From IMG/VR virus record IMGVR_UViG_3300029183_000039, positions 1 to 26,305 of that record: a stretch of 26,305 nt of DNA. One strand, written 5' to 3'. A program made the translations under genes and the position numbers. Below, piece by piece: positions 8,789-14,194 of the stretch (position 1 is its first letter; every line of letters starts with the position of its first letter). Origin of the DNA: a virus. Taxonomy: Duplodnaviria; Caudoviricetes. The notes under the pieces were generated by a model. That model saw nothing but the letters and a program-made list of their open reading frames with translations, was not told the origin of the DNA and made no database searches.

Positions 8789-8885
8789 TGAATGATGTGC
8801 GTCATATACTGCCAAGCTATCGCGCGCGTAGAGCAGACAATGTGCATATACAAGTTTACCACTGGTTAGTAAATAATGTTAAGTA

Positions 8886-8898
8886 AATCAAGGGATTA
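8886..8898 (+). promoter_or_regulatory. IHF-consensus site
   Basis: AATCAAGGGATTA matches WATCAANNNNTTR. Confidence 0.35.
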
Positions 8899-8918
8899 CA
8901 AGTAGAACTATGCAGTAT

Positions 8919-8950
8919 AAAAGACTCGGGATTGGATGTTTAAACCCCGA
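8919..8950 (-). terminator. Putative terminator after terS
   Basis: Minus strand TCGGG-GTTTAAACATCCAAT-CCCGA-GTCTTTT. Confidence 0.45.
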
Positions 8951-8980
8951 ATTTGTAGGTTAAATGTAACTAATTGTAGA

Positions 8981-9463
8981 CTAATTGTCGTCTTTTTCGT
9001 CTATTTGAGGACATATATCGCTAACATCTTTCAATTCACGATGGTAATTAATGATGTTGACTTGAGGTCCTTCTAATTGTCCAGAGACTTCGACCTTTGC
9101 AGATTTATCAAACTTACGGCTAAAGACAGGTGCCATTTTGCCTAGAAGGAATTTATAATCATCAAGACGTCGTTTCAATGCTGCTTCAGCTTGACGCCAA
9201 TCATCAGCTTCAGGATAGACCTCAGAGGCTAATTTAGAGCTAAGCTCGTGCATTTCATCCATCCGATGAGTTAGTAAGATTGTATAGGCTTTTTCGTATT
9301 CTTCTCCAAAAGCATCATCAGTCGCAGCTTTCCTGTAAATACTATCAGGATGTGGGACCTTGTCAGGCCACTTCTCACAGATCTGTCTGACATCAAAACC
9401 TTGAGCCATCTTGTCCACTATAAACTTTTTAACATCCTTGCTAAATCGGACTTGCTTTCCCAT
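8981..9463 (-). CDS. terS: Terminase small subunit (Sf6-like)
   Basis: N-terminal HTH-like ..G..VRQIC....P...IY, F...Y..A helix, L.KMAP..., upstream of terL. Confidence 0.75.
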   Translation of the reverse strand: MGKQVRFSKDVKKFIVDKMAQGFDVRQICEKWPDKVPHPDSIYRKAATDDAFGEEYEKAYTILLTHRMDEMHELSSKLASEVYPEADDWRQAEAALKRRLDDYKFLLGKMAPVFSRKFDKSAKVEVSGQLEGPQVNIINYHRELKDVSDICPQIDEKDDN

Positions 9464-9645
9464 TATTCATATCTCCTTTCGAGGTCTCTAATCTGATCTT
9501 TGAGCTTATTCATCCGCTTTTCAATCTTAGAGAATTCAGTGCACATACTCGTAAATTCTGACCATAAAGCTTCTTGCTCCATTTGAATATGAGCTGCTTC
9601 CTGGGCTAATTTGTAACGTTCTCTTTCAAATAAATCTACAATCAT
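9463..9645 (-). CDS. Hypothetical coiled-coil protein
   Basis: 60 aa, stop/start coupled to terS. Confidence 0.6.
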   Translation of the reverse strand: MIVDLFERERYKLAQEAAHIQMEQEALWSEFTSMCTEFSKIEKRMNKLKDQIRDLERRYE

Positions 9646-9686
9646 ACTTTACATTAAGATGTCGAGGTTTATGACATCCACCCTCG

Positions 9687-9763
9687 CTTATAAGTTGTTT
9701 ACTTTATAGATAAGTCAAGTCCTTGACAGACAATTGATAAGCATAAGTTATATATTGTATATA
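9687..9763. promoter_or_regulatory. Divergent promoter region between late (-) and early (+) blocks
   Basis: Back-to-back TTGACT(-)/TTGACA(+) form the dyad GTCAAG-TC-CTTGAC (9714-9727); TATA-like boxes 20 bp away on each side. Confidence 0.6.
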
Positions 9764-9784
9764 CATTAATTGGAGGAATTCGAC

Positions 9785-9865
9785 ATGAAAGATATACCAA
9801 AACCAGTTCTAATCATGACAATTGTAATTGTAGTCGCTGTAGTTACAGGTGCTTGTTTAGTCTAA
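9785..9865 (+). CDS. Unannotated 26-aa single-TM peptide, first early gene
   Basis: GGAGG RBS; MKDIPKPVLIMTIVIVVAVVTGACLV. Confidence 0.6.
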   Translation: MKDIPKPVLIMTIVIVVAVVTGACLV

Positions 9866-9870
9866 AAAAC

Positions 9871-9899
9871 TTGCTAATCTCTGATAGATGTGCTATACT
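9871..9899 (+). promoter_or_regulatory. Sigma70 promoter
   Basis: TTGCTA-N17-TATACT with TGTGC extension. Confidence 0.7.
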
Positions 9900-9918
9900 A
9901 AACTCAGAGGTTAGCAAC

Positions 9919-10128
9919 ATGTATTTATTTAAATTGACCGTCATTCTTAGTACCCTTTCAGCTGCATTTTTATATGCAGTTCTGAGCTCTCCTGCTTTTG
10001 GACTAATAATGGCGCAATTACTATTTGTCATCATGGCTGTATTAATTGCTAGTGCTATAATTATTGTAGCTACAAGTATGCTAGCCCCTTTTGTATTTAA
10101 AAACATTTTACGAGGCTTATTTTGGTAA
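9919..10128 (+). CDS. Small two-TM membrane protein (start revised from 9853)
   Basis: GAGG RBS before ATG 9919, downstream of the promoter; very hydrophobic. Confidence 0.65.
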   Translation: MYLFKLTVILSTLSAAFLYAVLSSPAFGLIMAQLLFVIMAVLIASAIIIVATSMLAPFVFKNILRGLFW

Positions 10129-10265
10129 TATTAGATTTCTTAATAACTTTAGGCGGTTCTATACTAATTAGTATATTCTTTTTAGCGATATTATGTATTC
10201 CGTTTCTTTTAACTATAATACTTATACATTTTTATAGTGTAATTACGAGGAAAAAATGGAAATAA
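10122..10265 (+). CDS. Unannotated 47-aa membrane protein (TTG start)
   Basis: GAGG RBS; LVILDFLITLGGSILISIFFLAILCIPFLLTIILIHFYSVITRKKWK. Confidence 0.5.
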   Translation: MVILDFLITLGGSILISIFFLAILCIPFLLTIILIHFYSVITRKKWK

Positions 10266-10435
10266 AGTTATTAGAACAAATTGAAGAAGCATTTAAATTA
10301 TTAACTATAGATGAATTATGGGATGTTAAACGTTTACTTCAAAAAGAGATAAGAAATAAATACAATATATATCCTATACCAGGGAGTAATGAATTAATAG
10401 AAACACAATATCCAGAGGAGGATGAATTATGGTAG
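10256..10435 (+). CDS. Unannotated 59-aa hypothetical protein
   Basis: GAGG RBS; MEIKLLEQIEEAFK...PEEDELW; overlaps both neighbours. Confidence 0.6.
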   Translation: MEIKLLEQIEEAFKLLTIDELWDVKRLLQKEIRNKYNIYPIPGSNELIETQYPEEDELW

Positions 10436-10722
10436 AATTAGGTTATGCAGGTGTAGCCATAGTTACACTTATTGTTGTAACAGCAGCATTTTTAAAAGAC
10501 CCTAAAATTGTAGTATACGGTACTGATAGTTGTATGGCTTGTGTAGCTACAAAGAGAATGCTAGATAATTATGGTTATAAATATGAATATAAGGATATTA
10601 CTAAATCCAAATATAGAGGAGAGTTTCATAGATTGAAACACAGAAGTATACCTCAAGTATACATAGATGGTAAGCATATTGGTGGCTATTACGAACTTAA
10701 AGAATGGCTGAAAGGAAAATAA
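10429..10722 (+). CDS. Glutaredoxin with N-terminal membrane anchor
   Basis: VYG..SCMAC, SIPQVYIDGKHIGGY..L; hydrophobic residues ~6-22. Confidence 0.85.
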   Translation: MVELGYAGVAIVTLIVVTAAFLKDPKIVVYGTDSCMACVATKRMLDNYGYKYEYKDITKSKYRGEFHRLKHRSIPQVYIDGKHIGGYYELKEWLKGK

Positions 10723-10733
10723 TGTGCTATACT
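10723..10733 (+). promoter_or_regulatory. Extended -10 promoter
   Basis: TGTGCTATACT. Confidence 0.55.
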
Positions 10734-10749
10734 AGTATTAATAATACAC

Positions 10750-10766
10750 TGAGTGCGAGGCACTCA
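10750..10766. repeat. Perfect 7-bp inverted repeat
   Basis: TGAGTGC-GAG-GCACTCA. Confidence 0.7.
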
Positions 10767-10786
10767 AAACGAAACAGAGGCGAGTT

Positions 10787-10930
10787 GTGAGTAGAATGCT
10801 AGATAAACATGATATTGATCATCTTTTTGATGAAGATGCACAAGAACGTACGTTTATGCGTACATTTATAGACGAGTTTGAACCAGAAGATTGGGAATTT
10901 AAGAGTTTAGAAGATGAAGAGAAGAAATAA
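10787..10930 (+). CDS. Unannotated 47-aa acidic protein
   Basis: GAGG RBS, GTG start; MSRMLDKHDIDHLFDEDAQERTFMRTFIDEFEPEDWEFKSLEDEEKK. Confidence 0.6.
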   Translation: MSRMLDKHDIDHLFDEDAQERTFMRTFIDEFEPEDWEFKSLEDEEKK

Positions 10931-11026
10931 TTTCACAGAACAACAATTTTTAGAAAAACAGCGAGCATTTCCTGTAAAATTGGTCTATAATACTAGAAAT
11001 ACACTGCGAGTTGTGAGGAAAACAAA

Positions 11027-11251
11027 GTGAGTAACAATAGAAAACAATACTGTATAGTGGAACATATATGGAGACTAGGTCGCTGGCTTTTAGGCGCAAT
11101 AGTTATCATAGTATGGTTTACGGTAAATACTTTACCTGCAGTACTTGCTAGCTTTGTATTACTTGGTATTTATGAGCAACTACACGGATATATTTGCCAT
11201 AAATTAGAACAATTATTAAAGTTTACTGAACAACATGAGGATTTTGAATAA
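11027..11251 (+). CDS. Small membrane protein
   Basis: GAGG RBS; two hydrophobic segments. Confidence 0.6.
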   Translation: MSNNRKQYCIVEHIWRLGRWLLGAIVIIVWFTVNTLPAVLASFVLLGIYEQLHGYICHKLEQLLKFTEQHEDFE

Positions 11252-11457
11252 TGAATAATCGTAATATAGCTCAAGAACGATTTTATGAATATATTTGGAA
11301 TATAGAGGATTTAAATACAGAATTTATTGAACATATGGCAGAATCTGATTTAAGATATTCATCTTATTATGGCTCTAGAAATTTCGATCCGGATATAAGT
11401 GGCTATGTTGCTGAATATGAAGATTGGGTTCACGAATATATATATTTGAAGATATAA
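11251..11457 (+). CDS. Acidic, Tyr-rich hypothetical protein
   Basis: 68 aa, coupled start. Confidence 0.6.
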   Translation: MNNRNIAQERFYEYIWNIEDLNTEFIEHMAESDLRYSSYYGSRNFDPDISGYVAEYEDWVHEYIYLKI

Positions 11458-11472
11458 CAAGAGGGCAAAACA

Positions 11473-11580
11473 ATGGATAATGCAGAAGAAGTAGTAAAGG
11501 TATTAACACTTTCAAATGTTGCAATTACACGGCTTACAAAAGAAGAATTAGCCGCTTTGTTAGCAACAAGGAGTAAATAA
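11473..11580 (+). CDS. Unannotated 35-aa ORF
   Basis: GAGG RBS; MDNAEEVVKVLTLSNVAITRLTKEELAALLATRSK; stop overlaps next ATG. Confidence 0.5.
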   Translation: MDNAEEVVKVLTLSNVAITRLTKEELAALLATRSK

Positions 11581-11768
11581 TGTATATACTATACAATACG
11601 CAAAAGCGAACTAAGCAAGGTCTATTAAAAGTTGAAGATACTTTTATTAACTATAAAGCTGCTTTAACAGCTGTACATAGTCAGCAATATCACTTTGGTA
11701 GATTACCTTACAAACTATATCAGCGTAATCCTGATAACTCACTTACTGAGGTGCCGTTATTAAAATAA
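11580..11768 (+). CDS. Hypothetical protein
   Basis: 62 aa, AGGAG RBS. Confidence 0.6.
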   Translation: MYILYNTQKRTKQGLLKVEDTFINYKAALTAVHSQQYHFGRLPYKLYQRNPDNSLTEVPLLK

Positions 11769-11782
11769 AGCTTTTAGAAATC

Positions 11783-11893
11783 GTGCTTATTACTATTTAT
11801 GGATTACTTATTATATTAATTAGCCCAGTAATATTGACACTTATGATTTTGACACATGTTATTAACACTATAGATGAGGATACAGACAAATGA
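11783..11893 (+). CDS. Unannotated ~36-aa single-TM peptide
   Basis: VLITIYGLLIILISPVILTLMILTHVINTIDEDTDK; ATGA overlap with next gene; start uncertain. Confidence 0.4.
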   Translation: MLITIYGLLIILISPVILTLMILTHVINTIDEDTDK

Positions 11894-12519
11894 AATTATT
11901 AAAATCCCTAGCTCGATCACTTTACCGCATTGTATTATATACAGCTGTTGGTTATTTACTACTTTATGCTTATTCTAGCTTTAAAATGGAATATACTATA
12001 AATGTAGGTGCACTATTAATGGAAGATAAATATGAATATTCGTTAAAAGGCTTCTTCATAAAATATATAGTCGATAATAACGATACAGTTATACTTAATA
12101 TTGATTCTCCTGGAGGATCTACTGCTGTAGCGCAAGAATTTATCCATGATATCAGAATGTCAAAAGGTTATATTATAACTAGAGTAGATAGATATGCAGC
12201 ATCTGCTGCAGCATTGATCATGTTAACTGGAGATAGAATTGAAGCTAAACCTAATGCTCGTATTCTATTTCATAGAGCGTATTTTACTGTAATGGGTTTA
12301 ATTAAAATTAATCCACCAGATACAAGACATTTAGCTGTTCTAAATGATTTAGCAGCAAATCGTATAATGCCTTTATTATCACCAGATCAACAAATAGCAT
12401 ATATAATGGGCCGAGATGTTGTTTTAACTGGTCAAGAAGTAATATACAGACTTAATATACAAGCTAGATCAGGTAATTATCCCTTATTACCACAACCATT
12501 CATAATAGGAGGGCTCTAA
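11890..12519 (+). CDS. ClpP-like serine peptidase with N-terminal TM helix
   Basis: IDSPGG, AASAA (Ser), ILFH (His), RDVVLTGQE (Asp) match the ClpP triad contexts. Confidence 0.8.
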   Translation: MKLLKSLARSLYRIVLYTAVGYLLLYAYSSFKMEYTINVGALLMEDKYEYSLKGFFIKYIVDNNDTVILNIDSPGGSTAVAQEFIHDIRMSKGYIITRVDRYAASAAALIMLTGDRIEAKPNARILFHRAYFTVMGLIKINPPDTRHLAVLNDLAANRIMPLLSPDQQIAYIMGRDVVLTGQEVIYRLNIQARSGNYPLLPQPFIIGGL

Positions 12520-12520
12520 A

Positions 12521-12931
12521 GTGTGGTTAGCATCATTATTTGGACTTATAGGCTCTGGAATTAGTGGATTCTTTGGAGTTAAGAATAAACAAGCGGAAGT
12601 TGTAGAGAAAGCTTTAGATACTGTAGATAGTATCAATCATGCGGATGCTGAATCGGCAGTAGCAGCTGCAGATGCTTTAAGTTCGCTTTACAAATATGGT
12701 GCAGGGATAGAACGTATTTGGCGTCCATTGTTAATGATCTATTTAATATTATTAATTAGTTTAGCAATGTTTTCACTTATAAATCCAGAAGCTTGGATAA
12801 TGGCAGAATTATTAAGTTTATTAAAAGCTGGTGTATATGGGTATATACCTCTCAGAACGACTGAGAAGCTCACTACGATGTTTTTAGTAAACAAGACATT
12901 ACAGAAAGTATTATTGGAGAAGATTCGGTGA
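12521..12931 (+). CDS. Holin-like protein (GTA 3-TM holin type)
   Basis: WRP..I motif, TM helices, GY..LR..EK motif. Confidence 0.6.
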   Translation: MWLASLFGLIGSGISGFFGVKNKQAEVVEKALDTVDSINHADAESAVAAADALSSLYKYGAGIERIWRPLLMIYLILLISLAMFSLINPEAWIMAELLSLLKAGVYGYIPLRTTEKLTTMFLVNKTLQKVLLEKIR

Positions 12932-13047
12932 CGAGAAAATTAAAGAAATTTGTACATGCACATCATGAGAAAGTTAGAACTTGGACTGTACTATATGTAG
13001 CGATTTTGCAGACCTTAACTATGTTGGTTTTAGTCGGAGTTGTATAA
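12928..13047 (+). CDS. Unannotated 39-aa peptide with C-terminal TM
   Basis: GGAG RBS, GTGA/TAATG coupling; VTRKLKKFVHAHHEKVRTWTVLYVAILQTLTMLVLVGVV. Confidence 0.5.
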   Translation: MTRKLKKFVHAHHEKVRTWTVLYVAILQTLTMLVLVGVV

Positions 13048-13451
13048 TGTATGCAATGCATGATAAGTTTATTAGTATTGAAGATGGAAATACTTGTGAA
13101 ATAATAGAAGTAAATCCTGAAGATACATCTAAAGCTTATAAAATAAAAGATTTAGTTAGTCATATTGAGGAATGGATTTCAGAAGTTCGTTTAGAACGAG
13201 GATATGCACTAGAAAGTACTGCTAAATGTGAAGATGCAACATGTACATTACAAGGCTATATAAATTTACATACTAAGAAAATATACATTACTTATAGTAA
13301 AGTTTTAGAACTAATTAAACAGGGTGCTAATCTTCATTATACTGATATTTATGGATATACTTTCAAACAAATTGCAGCAAAGAAGCAACGTTATGATTTA
13401 GTAGATCTCTTAGCTAGAGCAGAATATATACCAATAGAGAAATTAGAATGA
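13047..13451 (+). CDS. Protein with C-terminal ankyrin-like repeat (start revised from 12981)
   Basis: LIKQGANLHYTDIYGYTFKQIAAKKQRYDLVDLL resembles the ankyrin consensus; GGAG RBS before 13047. Confidence 0.6.
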   Translation: MYAMHDKFISIEDGNTCEIIEVNPEDTSKAYKIKDLVSHIEEWISEVRLERGYALESTAKCEDATCTLQGYINLHTKKIYITYSKVLELIKQGANLHYTDIYGYTFKQIAAKKQRYDLVDLLARAEYIPIEKLE

Positions 13452-13654
13452 ATAAAGTAAGTTACACATTAATGAAAATGAATCGTGAGATTAAGATAAA
13501 ATATTGTGATCTGGAAACTACTTTACGTATTAGGGATCTTTATAATATTTTAAAAGGCCATGAATGTGAAATAACTGATGATCATACACTTATTATTGGT
13601 CCTAATATAAATTTAGAAATTGCTATTGACTCTATAAATAAGGGGTCAAAGTAA
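13448..13654 (+). CDS. Hypothetical protein
   Basis: 68 aa, ATGA overlap. Confidence 0.55.
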   Translation: MNKVSYTLMKMNREIKIKYCDLETTLRIRDLYNILKGHECEITDDHTLIIGPNINLEIAIDSINKGSK

Positions 13655-13714
13655 TATATACATAGTAACTAAGTGGTAATAATTACCGCGAACAAAATAT
13701 CGGAGGACAACACT

Positions 13715-14188
13715 ATGGGAACTAAAAAAGTACAGGAACATTCAACAGGTCAGGGACAGATCTTATTCATGGCAGCTGCTAAAGCGTTAACTAATAAGAA
13801 GACTCAAAAGCAAGAGTATTCTATTAAGATTAAACTTGATCCAGCTGATGCTGCAGTAGCACAACTACGTGATATTGCACCATATAAAGTTGACACTAAA
13901 ACTAATCGTGAGTTAAACGGAGAAGCAATCGTAGTAAACTTTACTTCTGATTTTGCTCCTACTGTTGTAGATGCAAACGGTGAGAAATTAGAAAGTCAAG
14001 AAATTCCATTCTTTGATGGTCGTATTGATACAGGTACTGCAATGGTTACTTACAAAGTAATTCAGTATGAGAACAATACGATTGTTAGATTATCTGGAAT
14101 TAAATTAATGGAATTGAATCTAGCTCCTAGGGATGAAAAAGCGAGCACTCTTGATGTTACACTAGATACTCTTAAAAATCTAGGTTAA
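13715..14188 (+). CDS. Single-stranded DNA-binding protein (T7 gp2.5-like); start revised from 13673
   Basis: EYSIKI, P.VVDANG, RLSGIKL.EL pattern; precedes polA; GGAGG RBS. Confidence 0.7.
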   Translation: MGTKKVQEHSTGQGQILFMAAAKALTNKKTQKQEYSIKIKLDPADAAVAQLRDIAPYKVDTKTNRELNGEAIVVNFTSDFAPTVVDANGEKLESQEIPFFDGRIDTGTAMVTYKVIQYENNTIVRLSGIKLMELNLAPRDEKASTLDVTLDTLKNLG

Positions 14189-14194
14189 TATCTT

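Noticed and set aside
8205-8980. CRISPR mini-array or tRNA in the non-coding gap
   Set aside because: Repeats are only 7-10 nt and irregularly spaced; no cloverleaf or T-loop motif seen.
9843-10106. Minus-strand 87-aa ORF
   Set aside because: Antisense to a + strand gene that has its own promoter and RBS.
10750-10766. N4-type virion RNAP hairpin promoter
   Set aside because: Single copy, loop is not GNA, and no RNAP gene is visible.
10914-11030. 38-aa basic ORF
   Set aside because: Weak RBS and it overlaps the second promoter cassette; too little support.
11835-11854. Tandem TTGACA boxes as promoters
   Set aside because: Explained as Leu-Thr codons of the small TM ORF; no good -10 at 17 bp.
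11890-12519. ClpP-like gene as prohead maturation protease
   Set aside because: Opposite strand and far from the head genes, has a TM anchor, and the head module has a separate scaffold.
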